Shown here: piece after piece, positions 25,702-37,019 of the stretch | How positions within the stretch are numbered: position 1 is the stretch's first letter | How the letters are laid out: the number at the start of each line of letters is the position of its first letter | NCBI GenBank assembly: GCA_002269645.1 | Contig: NIVC01000025.1 | Span: 434,001-498,000, forward strand | Direction: 5' to 3' | DNA from: Macrostomum lignano | Lineage: Eukaryota | Length of the DNA stretch: 64,000 nt | The notes under the pieces: model-generated | Databases searched by the model: none | What the model saw: the letters and a program-made list of their open reading frames with translations, nothing else | Told to the model about the DNA's origin: nothing | Translations under genes and position numbers: made by a program

Positions 25702-26119
25702 GGTATCGGAGTTAATAATGGATTAACGTTTTGGGACTTGGAGACTGGATTCGGAGTGCCTGAAGAATGCTTGCCTGAGGATACAGTCTGCTTAAGTCTA
25801 TGCTTTGAGTGAGAGTGGCTTGCGGCTCACTTTTAATCGACCGAAGTTTTAAATTTTAGATAATAAAAGCGTTTTTACGCGTGTAAGTTTGCACTTTCAA
25901 AATAGTTTGTATTTTTATGTTGCAAAACTTCCAACGAACATTTGAAGTAAAAAATTTCTAATGCGCGTCTCGACTTTGGAATGCGACAGACCTATAAAAG
26001 AAAGAGCAAATGAATTTCTTGCCTGTTCTGCAGTTCGTGAGACTTGACTTCAATGCAGAGTTGGTCCCGACGATTCTCTGGCCTCTGAGATCTTCACTTT
26101 GCGATCGAGGAGGTGGCTA

Positions 26120-26156
26120 GTTAGTTAGATAGTTAGTTAGTTAGCTAGTTAGATAG

Positions 26157-26191
<35 letters not shown>

Positions 26192-26199
26192 GTTTGTTT

Positions 26200-26259
<60 letters not shown>

Positions 26260-26321
26260 ATTAGTTAGTTAGTTAGTTAGCTAGTTAGATAGATAGTTAG
26301 TTAGTTAGTTAGTTAGTTAGT

Positions 26322-26402
<81 letters not shown>

Positions 26403-26403
26403 C

Positions 26404-26436
<33 letters not shown>

Positions 26437-26468
26437 GTTTGTTTGTTTGTTTGTTTGTTTGTTTGTTT

Positions 26469-26548
<80 letters not shown>

Positions 26549-26563
26549 GTTAGTTTGTTAGTC

Positions 26564-26660
<97 letters not shown>

Positions 26661-26675
26661 GTTAGTTTGTTAGTC

Positions 26676-26762
<87 letters not shown>

Positions 26763-26765
26763 CAG
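26120..26765. repeat. (TTAG)n microsatellite, about 640 bp, with TTTG/TCAG variants
   Basis: Directly visible. Confidence 0.97.
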
Positions 26766-28219
26766 TTAAAATTGACCAGCCAAGCGCGCTAGGCGGCACA
26801 GTTCCTTTCGATATAAGATAGCCAATTAACACCTAGATTGAGTCTGATTACGTCTATGCTTTGAGTCTATACTGTTTCATCACTTTGCAGCACTGTTTCA
26901 CGGACGATTAAATCTCCTCAGTATAGTTTATCATACCTCCTCAATTGTCAATTAATGAACAGAATTTCAAAACAGGAGTCTGCTTTGAGATGTTTGGCTT
27001 TTTCTTCTCACTCATTTTTCTGGCTGGCCATCTTGTGAGAAAGATTTTAAAGGATATAGACCAAAGTAATGCGGGTTCTGTATATGATCTCCAGACTCCG
27101 ATATATTTTCAGAAACGTCACTAATGAAATTACGAGCGTATTCACAAAAAGTGCGCCTTAGATTTTCAGCTACTTTATTAATTTTGTTCTCTTAACTTGA
27201 AGATTAGAATAGCTACCAAACGCCCAAAAATGGGGTGTCTCCATTATACAGGATTTTCTTGCATTTAAATCTAGTGGGAAACTAAACTAACTGACATACT
27301 TGGTAGGGGACAAAAATCTGAACAACTTGGCGAAAAATTAACCTTCTACATGCAATCGAATCGGAGATACAGGCATTTTAATAATCGGCCTTCAACTATT
27401 TTTGCACGATTTTCAAGTGTTGCGTCCTTCAAGTCTAGTAGTCCTTGCGCATCCTATGCTGGATCGAACGACTGCGCTGGTCAGCATCCGCTACGTCCAC
27501 GGCAGCGACAGCACGGTCGCCGATCTATGGTCAAGGGAGAATCCAAATAAGCGCAGCTAGAATGAGCAGGACAGCAAGGTGAATGAACTCGAAGTCAACC
27601 AGATCCTGATTGTTAAGTTATTAATGAAAGTCAGTTTGTTAGGCTAGTCAAGAACACTCACGGCTCAAACTGGCCCAGCACGGACTTATATACTTTTAAA
27701 CTAGGCGAGCGATGTACATTGTAGAACGAGTACACAAAGCCAGTGCGCAATTCAGCATTATTGGATGGATTGAGCTAGAGTGCTCAGTTAAACCAAGTCA
27801 CCAGATAAATCGAAACACAATGCAATACGCAACATCTCCCTTACGAAAATTTTTTTTTCGAAAACGATCTAAACGAAAAACATTGGTGCGAACGTGTATC
27901 CCCGATGAAGGTATTAAAAACGCAATATTCTGAACAGGATCAAAAACAAAAATCATATTTGGTATCAGGTCAGTACTTCATGCAATCGGAGATACGAGCT
28001 ATATTAGATGAACGCAGAAAGTAATGCAATAATATGGTAGAGTGCTATAAGCTGATTACGAGCGCATTTGGATGCTTAAAAAGTTCGATTTAGCTCAGGA
28101 ATGTTACATCGAATCAAATGTCAAATGTCAAACATCAAATGTTACATCAAGTGATAGTCACCAGCAAATTGCAGTACTTAGGTTGCCTGGTAGTACTCAG
28201 GAGTCTTGACAGCTCGGCC

Positions 28220-29120
28220 ACATAGTCCGATATGGCCCAGGCTCATCTCGCTGCACGGAGGCACCTATTTTTCGAGGCCTGATGAAGCGACGGTTCCGTC
28301 TGAGCAACTGTCCTGTCTCTGTTTAAATCAACTACGACCTTGGAGAGTTTTCACACTCGCTATCAAGCTCAGCTGCCACCCACTCGCGACGACCGCGTTG
28401 TAACCACACCAGATCACCAGCTGATAGTTTCTGCAACGGTCGAGCTCCGCGATTGTACAGCTGCGCTGCTCTAACGCGCTCCTTTTAAAAAGCCTCAATG
28501 CTAGAGTGAAGATGAGTTTCCTTTGGCCGCAAGTCCTTGAAATTCGCTGCGGTCGCAACGAAGCTTACGGCCGAAAGCCATCTCCGCCGGGCTTGGAAAG
28601 CCGCTGCCGACCGGAGTGATGTGGTAGGGAAGCAGTGCCAACTCCAGACTTTGGCCTGTCTCGGAGCATTTCTTCCGCATGTTTTTTGGCTGTCTGTACG
28701 TAGCGCTCGGCTCTCCCGTTCGACTGCGGGTACGTCGGACTCGAGGTTCGGTGCTCCACCTTGAACTCAGCCATTGTCTGTCGAAACTCGCGAGCAGAAA
28801 ACTGCGGGCCTCCATCACTGAATAGCTTCTCTGGCACTCCAAAGTTTTGAAAATGATCTCGTATCACATTCGCCACAGCCAAGCTAGTTGTTGATCTCAT
28901 CCGTGAGACACTCATCCAGCGGCTGTAGCAGTCAACGTACACCAAGTAGGATCCACCAGTGAACTCAAGCAGGTCCATCGAACAGATTTGGAACGGAAAA
29001 TCTGGCATATTCATAGACATCAGCGTTTCTTTAGACTGATTCCTCATACTCGTATTCCGCTGGCACGATTCGCATTCACTAACCACCTGCTCTACGCTGT
29101 TCCGCATTCCCGGCTCACTT
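28220..29120 (-). mobile_element. Ty3/Gypsy LTR retrotransposon integrase fragment
   Basis: Zn-finger tail CESCQ; rve core MDLLEF...VDCYSRW...SDGGPQF...SSPTYPQSNGRAE; then, in a shifted frame, SPAEMAFGRKLR and LLRRNRRFIR. Confidence 0.88.
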
Positions 29121-29929
29121 TAAGTAGTGAGTAACCCAACATACACACAGTAAAATAAAAACTATCAATCATGTTACCACGCAAGACGCAAGAGATGAGC
29201 TATGATGACATAATATTGCGCAAACAATGAATAATGACACTAAGTAAGGCAAACAGTGTCTTCACTCCTATTGTATTCGCTGAAATTCTATGCAACGGTC
29301 AAAGGGTCAAATTCCAAAGAATTGACATCTTCACTACATCAAACTACGAGCTAAACTGGAATGACCTTGTTTTTGTAAAATTGACCAATAAATACCAGCG
29401 CTCCGAGAACCAAAAAACTTCAGATATGCCCCCACTTCGCATCTCGTTAGTGTAGAAATTGCCGGCCCGGGGGAGACCCGACATTTCACCGCCACAATGT
29501 GACCGCCGCAATTTCATCACGCGAACTACTTACGAGTAAGTAGAGAACACGACACGCGCAAAAACCTGCAAATTTTATTGGAGGCTGATTATTCTATTTT
29601 ATGTAGCCCGGCTCCAGAAACTCGGCGAAGTGAGTTTTTTCACAGGATGAACATAATTTAATCCTTATTCATGTAAGATTTGTAATGTCTTAAATCTTAG
29701 AAATTAGTTTCATGCGACGAAAACTAGTTTTTGTCTGGTGAGTTTCGAAATGCAACATTTATGATATAGCACTTATTTTAAACGATGCTTCAGTACCAGC
29801 TGTTCGAATTGCCGTAAAGACGATCTCTGACTGTTTTTACCCTGGCTGCCTCTCTGGTAGCTTGTCTAAGGGTTGTGCGCAATCCGATTGGCCTGGCTTC
29901 GGCTAGCCCAATTAACGGGGGCGCTTCAT

Positions 29930-30320
29930 AAGACCTAAATTTCACAACGCCTAAAGCACATGACTTCACATTACCTAAATTTCATAACGTCTAAATTTCA
30001 CAACGGCTAAAATCGAAAATGCAGCCTCCTTCACAAGACCTAAATTTCACAAGGCCTAAAATTTCTGCACGCTCCTTCACATCGCTTAAATTTCATATCG
30101 CCTAAATTTCATAACGCCTAAAACCGAAAATGCATCCTACTTCATATCGCCTAAATTTCATATCGCCTAAATTTCATATCGCCTAAATTTCACAACGCCT
30201 AAAAATCTGCATGCTCTTTCATATCGCCTAAACTTCATATCGCCTAAATTTCACAACACCTAAAACTGAATGTGAAGGAGAGAAGCAAAGATTTTAGGCG
30301 TTGTGAAGTTTAGGCGTTGT
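29930..30320. repeat. Degenerate CGCCTAAATTTCA(T/C)A repeats, with inverted copies at about 30293-30320
   Basis: Recurring 15-bp-type motif ending in reverse-complement copies, like transposon subterminal repeats. Confidence 0.7.
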
Positions 30321-30419
30321 TGCAGGTCCCCTCGCCTGCTAGAAGGGTTCAGGTGCTCCTCCTTTCTGCCATTCTTTTTTTCTGGGCTGGCATCCCAGCG
30401 CGGTTTTATCCCAATGCTT

Positions 30420-31915
30420 TTATGTTTTTATACTTTTATCTGGCCATTAGTTTGCCTTCCAATCTTTGGAGTTATGAGCTCTGCCCTCCCTGCCCGGTCC
30501 ATCCTGCTCTCTCCTTGGTCCATCTGCTGGCTCCTCTGGATGTCTCCCTGCCTAAGTGTCTTGGCTCTCATCTCTGACAGTGGATTGGAGTCCTGGGAAG
30601 GATGTTCGTCCCGAATCGGGGAAAACCGGCTGAGTCCGGTTTCCTCTTGCCCCTTGTGCCCCTCCCCCCTTGGCCTGGCCCTGTTTAGAGCTGGATAGGC
30701 GATACCCTTGGGTTGGTAGCAATAGAGGCGGCCGGTCTTCCCGCCTTGAGTCTCCCCCTCGGAAACAAGCGTTCCAGACTCACTCCAATAGTTAAGCCTT
30801 TTCCGTAGACATCGGGGTATCCCCGCTCTCGGACCGCTTTAAGTAGTATATCCAAAACTTTTCGGTTTCCAATTCTATTTCTGAAGCGCACTCCCGAGGA
30901 CTTGTCTGCTGGGGGGTGGCCTGGGTGGACTCGGTCCTAGCACCGTCCCTGATTCCACTTTTGGGTTGGCGGTGTCTTGTACCATAGGTCTGAAGTCCCT
31001 CGCCTCCCCTGGCCTTAGTCAGGGCCCAACTAAATTGGTTCTCGGACTTCCGAGGAGGGTATCTCGGGTTCACGAAATTCCCCGTGCCCTTGGAAAGTGC
31101 CCCGCAGCGGCAGAGCCCCCTTTAGGGCTGATCCGCGGGTAAGCCCAGCTTCCCACCCCCGTTTAACAACAACAACCAGCTGTTGTTGTTGTTCGAGAGA
31201 CGGTCTCTGACTGTTTTCCCCGGCTGCCTTCTGCCCTTCGGATAGCTCAATATCGTCACCGGAGGTATTGTACGCATCCAAAATAGACCCTTTATTATTC
31301 TTTTATTTCGGCCCTGCCTTGGTTTAGGGGGATGTACCTGGAGTGATAGCGACACTGGACTGCAGTGTGGCTAGATCGGGACTTGAGCCCCCTGGTTGCA
31401 CCCGTTGTGCTTTTAGCTTTGTGGTTTATCCCTGGCAATTCAGCCGCCCAAGCTTTGGAGTTATGAGCTCTGCCCTTTCTGGTCCATGTTGCCCTCCCTT
31501 GGTCCATCTGCTGGCTCCTCTGGTTGTCTCCCTGCTTATTGTGTCTCTGGCTCTCATCACTGACTGTGGATTGGTGTCCTGGGGTTGCTTTTCGTCCCGA
31601 ATCGGGGAATACCGGCTGAGTCCGGTGTCCCTTTACTCTGTGGTGCCCCTTCTCCAACTCCTTGTCTTGGGCTTATTAGAGCTGGGTAGTGAAAAAGCCT
31701 TGTGGCTTGCAGCCCTATAGGAGGATCTTGTAGCTTCTGCCTACCTGATAGGAGACTCGCCCTTGGTAAATAAGCTGCCCAGCCTCGCTCCAATCTGAAA
31801 GCCATTTCCGTAGACTCGGGTCTTTCCGCTCTCGGACCGCTTTCTAGTAATTTTCCAAAATTTTCCACTGTGGGTTGGCGGTGTCTTAGCCCATAGGCTT
31901 GGGTTGGTTGCATCC
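30420..31915 (-). mobile_element. Unclassified repeat: two diverged tandem copies of a coding-like segment (possible retroelement ORF1/gag relic)
   Basis: 30420-30870 and 31420-31900 are clearly homologous (AELITPK.GR, YG.RHRQP on minus). 29820-29850 matches 31203-31230. No diagnostic domain recognised. Confidence 0.4.
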
Positions 31916-31959
31916 AATAAGGCTATTTAACTAGGCCCTTGAGTCCTAGTCCCAATCCG

Positions 31960-32345
31960 GGCCGAGACCTGGACGCTGACGGAGTCGCTCGAGCAGCAAG
32001 TTGACGCAGCGCACGCTGGCCTGCTGCGCGCCGCCTTCAAGATCGGCTACGAGCGAGTGACCAACGCGGCTTTGTATCACCGCGCCGGCCTGGTCCGTCC
32101 AAGCGACCTGTTGTGCCGTCGGCGACTTCAGCTGGCACGCCACATCATCAGCGCCGAGTCGTACTGCCACAGCCGGTGCAGGAGGTGCTGCTGCTAACGC
32201 TGCAGGCACCCTATACCGGCGGGGCAGGCCTGCACTCAGCTTTTCGTCGACTGCATGATGGCTGACGCCGGCGCCCCGAATTCGGCCGGCGGCGTGGCAT
32301 TCATTCGCGACCTGGTCTTGAGGCGCGCCCTGTGACGATGATCAC
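31960..32345 (+). mobile_element. 5'-truncated RTE LINE 3' end, same family as 21350-24560
   Basis: ETWTLTESLEQQVDAAHAGLLRAAF...RRLQLARHII.AESYC...IRDL parallels 24140-24519. Confidence 0.82.
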
Positions 32346-33325
32346 GTATTCTGTTGTTGTTGACTGCACAGGTGACTGGTAAGCGGCCGCGCCTCTTGCG
32401 TGTACCTTCAAACAGGCTGGGTGCCCTGTCTAGATAATGGGATCTTGGCCGCAGCGTCAGCTACCGCACGATCAAAGTCTAGGGGACGAGGCCTGGTGGC
32501 TGTACTTTTCAGCGCCAGAGCCCAAGGGTTTGCACAGGTGTTTTCATGCAGCTTGGGTCACGTCACAATCGACGTCTTTAGAACTCAGAACGTGGAGTGT
32601 CACTGAGAAAGGTGATTCCTACGTTGTACATGGCAAGGCAACCGAACATTTACTCGCCACCTGACGCACGTCCGGACTTTGACGGCAGCCGAGGACCCGC
32701 CACCTGAAGCGGACTTCTGCCTTGCAATAACGCATTGATTTACTCTACCTGGGTGAGTTTTATTCCTGTACGAATCTCGTATAAATGTAAATCTTGGATT
32801 ACACACGGCCAAAAATTCATGCATGTCGTAACCCATATGTGCAACGTGTTTAAATTTGTTTATAATTTTTAATCATCATATCGAATTGCTTTGCAGTTTC
32901 ACAATTCGATAGAGCAGCTGTGCAACGAAAATTGCGGCGTCTCGTGTCTGAGGGTGTCTCGGCATTCCAGCTGTTTGCTCAGCCGCCTTTATACACAGAC
33001 ACAGCACTGTATTCTCTTTTGTCATTGACTTCTCCATATTTCATCCACTCTCACTCTACATTTCACTTTCACACTTCTGTGTCGATTTTTCACCCCCTTA
33101 TACGCACTCCAGCCCTTCAATAACTCAAAGCAAATGCAGAGAGCCAGTCGAATATTAGTCAAGGCTGTTGCAACAGTCTGCATCGCGCATTTATTTACTG
33201 AGGTCACAAAGCCTCAGCTCAAACTCAGCTGCTCATTTGAGTCTCAGTTAATTTAATTTATTACGTGGAAGTTGCACAGTTGCAGACTGCTCAGTCCCCT
33301 CAGAAGCCGGTCCAGCAGGTTTGTC

Positions 33326-33756
33326 TCAGCTGCAGCTGAAGGACAGCTTCGTGCTCTTTATGCACACCCACTTTTCATTTGCATCAAATGTTGAGCAATA
33401 ATCCCAGCAGTTCGAGTGCGATGAGGTGGGAATCAAACCATTTGGATTTAAGTAATGGCAGTTGTTAAACCACCAGCCAGCATTATTTCCTTCATCCTTT
33501 GTGCACGCTCCTGCCTGCCGCCTATCGTTATCCGCATCGTAGGTGCTGAACTGCATTCCGTTGTGTCTCGCTGCCAACTTCCTCCAGAGATCGCCACCCG
33601 GCTCCTGATCTCCGAGCACCAGCTTGTAATTCTCGTCCGCTCCGTGCAAACCGAAGCCCTTGAAAGTCGCACGCAAAACTTTGCCGTTGATCTGGACTCC
33701 CTCATAGATGAGCTTGCAATTGCGGTCTTTTGTCATGGCTAAAAGCTGCTCTAAAC
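33326..33756 (-). CDS. Exon 2 of the FReD protein (rest of FBG domain); 333 aa total
   Basis: Acceptor TCTGACAG|GT at 33757 restores YWMG-LEQLLAMT. Contains HNGMQFSTYDADND and GWWFNNCHYLNPNG. TGA at 33328-33326. Confidence 0.88.
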
Positions 33757-34543
33757 CTGTCAGATTGATGAGTTAAAAAACTGCTTTAATTTGTTGGGCA
33801 ATCGTGCCCTTTTTCGTCCTCGTGCCCCGCCCAACCCTTCCAGTCTGCCCCACCCCTCCATGTTTTCTTAATCAATAATCAATGCGAACTCTGATCTGAT
33901 CACGCCACCTTGCGCCTCAACTCCCATACTGTACCGTGCATCGTGAGTTACTGTTATTTTCCTGCTTCTGACTGGGAGCCCTGACTGGCGACCTGGAGGT
34001 CGCAGCTTTCGACTGGTTGGGCTGCATGCGTCACTCCGAAGGAGCCCACAACAAATTTATTTGAGATTTAAATTTTTACTACAATGCGTTTTTTCAGATA
34101 ACCTTCGAATTCCACCAGCTGGAACCACTCTCGAAGACCATGAGCCATTTGACAGGTTTAGCAACTTCATCTGCGCCAAGCAGTGCAGTGTTTCATTCCA
34201 GCGCTCAAAAACGCCAAATGACTCTTCCTGAATTTTGTACATTTTGTACATTTACAGCATGACATCTCTATTGCGTATGAAGCGACTTATGCAGCCGTTG
34301 TTGGCCAGTTCAACTAACACCCTAAACTGGATAGCCTCCTTTCCGTTTGTCGGTGAGTGCTATTGGGTATCTTTGTTACTTGATACCCTGAGCCAGACTG
34401 AGTCTGATATTTACTGGTTGCTGGTGTTGCTAGTTTTGCTCTAATTAATCAGTATCACTCAGTAAGTTATTGTAGCTAAGTTGGCAGTTCTTACTGATGC
34501 ACAGGTTTATAGTGAGCTGATGTAAACAGATTACTCTACTCAC

Positions 34544-35114
34544 CCATCCAGTAATTGCCGTTGGGATCTCCGAATCCTTTCACGTAGCCGTGCCAGTTCT
34601 GGGCGAACGAGAGGCTGTTGTCCAGGTGCCTCTGGAAGACCACCTCAGCGACAGGTGCAGGGCCTGATGCAGAGCGGACGGCACCGAACTGAGTGGGAAT
34701 GGGGCCCTGGAAGCCGAAGGGCGCGAACTGCACAGCCTGCTGGATGAAAAGCGGATCATCAATGATTTTTTTCCTGATGTTTATGCACCTGCGCAAGGTT
34801 CTACACACGAAGACCAGTTTGCCGGAGGCTCCATCGCTGGACACACGACCCAGCACGGTGGCGCCGAAGTCCTGGTTTTGCATTCCATGTTCAGGTATCA
34901 CCTTCAGTCCGGTGACTTTCCGCTTCCCGTCGGGACTCTCCGGGGCGACCTCAGTGATGTTGAGATCCAGTTCGAGCTCGTACTTCTCGTAAAAGATGTT
35001 GTAGATAATTACAGGCGGCTTCTTCAAGAAGTTCACCTGAAACTCTGCGGCAGAGGCGCACGGAACGAGCGACACGCACAGGACAAGGAAGAGCAGCACG
35101 CAGCGGTGTTGCAT
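34544..35114 (-). CDS. Exon 1 of intact secreted fibrinogen-related (FReD) protein
   Basis: Signal peptide MQHRCVLLFLVLCVSLVPCASA, an unrecognised domain of about 130 aa, then the FBG start VVFQRHLDNSLSFAQNWHGYVKGFGDPNGNYWMG. Donor ATGG|GTGAGT at 34543, phase 1. Confidence 0.88.
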
Positions 35115-35547
35115 GGTATCGGAGTTAAAAATCGGTTAAGCGCTTTGGAACTTGAATACTGGATTCGGAGTGCCTGAAAAACACTTGCTGAGCACACATG
35201 TAGAGCCTTGCTAAAGTCTTCGCTTCGAGTAGGAGGGGCTTGCGGCTTCCTACTTTTAAGTGTAAATTTACATATTTTAAATATTTTAAATATTTTTTTA
35301 AAATTCAAGCATGCATAAGTCAAAGTTTTTCTCGAATTTGGTATGCGTCACACCCAAAAAGCAGCGAATTTCTGATTCTCAATTTTTTTGAGTTTGTATT
35401 TCAATCATTCATGCTACGGAAGTATTTTTAATTTATTGTTCGTCTCCTGGGACTCATGACATCTAATCTTTTGATATGTTGTGCCTTTCTTATTAGCTCT
35501 ATTGATATTCATAAAGCAGTATTCGTTCAGAAATTTAGGATTTGCTA

Positions 35548-35580
35548 CTAGCAATCTAGTGCCCCCTTCGGGGCGCGCAA
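35548..35580 (-). mobile_element. Helitron-like 3' terminus (hairpin + CTAG|T)
   Basis: Minus strand GCCCCGAAGGGGGC-ACTAGATTG-CTAG|T. Shares AGATTGCTAGT with 43145-43172. Confidence 0.45.
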
Positions 35581-35764
35581 TAAGCAAGGAGCAAAAATTA
35601 TTCATGGAATTCCTTCTTGAGTTTTATAAATCACCTTATTCGAGTACAATCGTCACGGACAAAGATGTTCGCTATAAATCTTTTTTTCTAAAATTAACGG
35701 AAAGAACAAAATATAGTTTTCACAAAGATAACAGACATTACCCCTAAATAGAAAACATCCCTAA

Positions 35765-36190
35765 GGCAGCAAGCATCCCCCCTTCCAGATAGCAAGCATC
35801 CCCCCAGATAGCAAGCATCCCCCCAGATAGCAAGCATCCCCCCAGATAGCAAGCATCCTGCAGATAGCAAGCATCCTGCAGATAGCAAGCATCCTGCAGA
35901 TAGCAAGCATCCTGCAGATAGCAAGCATCCTGCAGATAGCAAGCATCCTGCAGATAGCAAGCATCCTGCAGATAACAAGCATCCTGCAGATAGCAAGCAT
36001 CCTGCAGATAGCAAGCATCCTGCAGATAGAAAGAATCCCATACATGTATAGATACATTGTAGGCAGTAGCCCCTCTCCCAAATAGCAAGTACCCCTCCTC
36101 CTCGAGAGCAAGCATCCCCCGATAGTAAGCACCTCTAAATACAATAGTAAGCACCCCCCAGATACAATAGCAAGCATCCACCAGACAGCA
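35765..36190. repeat. 18-bp minisatellite (AGATAGCAAGCATCCTGC)n
   Basis: Visible units. Explains the LQDACY and MLAICR ORFs. Confidence 0.92.
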
Positions 36191-36399
36191 AGTAGCTAGT
36201 GTAAATATTTCCTCTGCTAATGCAATAATCACTTTCTCACGTTGTGCATTAATCCATGTCTCAGCTAGCGCAATAATCCGCTTCTACGCTAGTGCAATCA
36301 TCATTTTATCATCTAGTGCAATAATCCTTTACTCATCAAGTGCAAAATCGATGTCTCAGCTAGTGCGTTAGTCCATTTCTAAGCTAGTGCAATAATACT

Positions 36400-36920
36400 T
36401 AGTTTATCAAGTGCAGTAACCCTTAGTTTATCAGGTGCAGTAAGTTTTGGTTTATCAAGTGCAGTAATCCTTAGTTTATCAGGTGCAGTAAGTTTTGGTT
36501 TATCAAGTGCAGTAATCCTTAGTTTATCAGGTGCAGTAATTTTTGGTTTATCAAGTGCAGTAATTTTTGGTTTATCAAGTGCAGTAATTTTTGGTTTATC
36601 AAGTGCAGTAATCTCTGGTTTATCAAGTGCAGTAATTTTTGGTTTATCAAGTGCAGTAGTCGTTGGTTTATCAGGTGCAGCAATCTTTGGTTTATCAAGT
36701 GCAGTAATTTTTGGTTTATCAAGTGCAGTAATTTTTGGTTTATCAAGTGCAGTAATCTCTGGTTTATCAAGTGCAGTAATTTTTGGTTTATCAAGTGCAG
36801 TAGTCGTTGGTTTATCAGGTGCAGCAATCTTTGGTTTATCAAGTGCAGTAATCCTTGGTTTATTAAGCGCAGTAATCCTTTGTTTCCCAAGCGCATTAAT
36901 CCATAGTTTATCAAGCGCAA
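36400..36920. repeat. 24-bp minisatellite (GGTTTATCAAGTGCAGTAATTTTT)n
   Basis: Visible units. Explains the LHLINQKL ORF. Confidence 0.92.
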
Positions 36921-37019
36921 TAATGCAGGTCTTTTTAATTAGTCCTTTAGTAGAAGCTTTTAATTAAAAAATAGCACTATTTTTACACTACTAAGATTCG
37001 AACCCAGGTCTTCACTTAC

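Noticed and set aside
34057-34251. Conserved FReD intron block as an extra exon
   Set aside because: Exons 1 and 2 already join in frame into a complete FBG motif, and the paralogous block has indels and stops.
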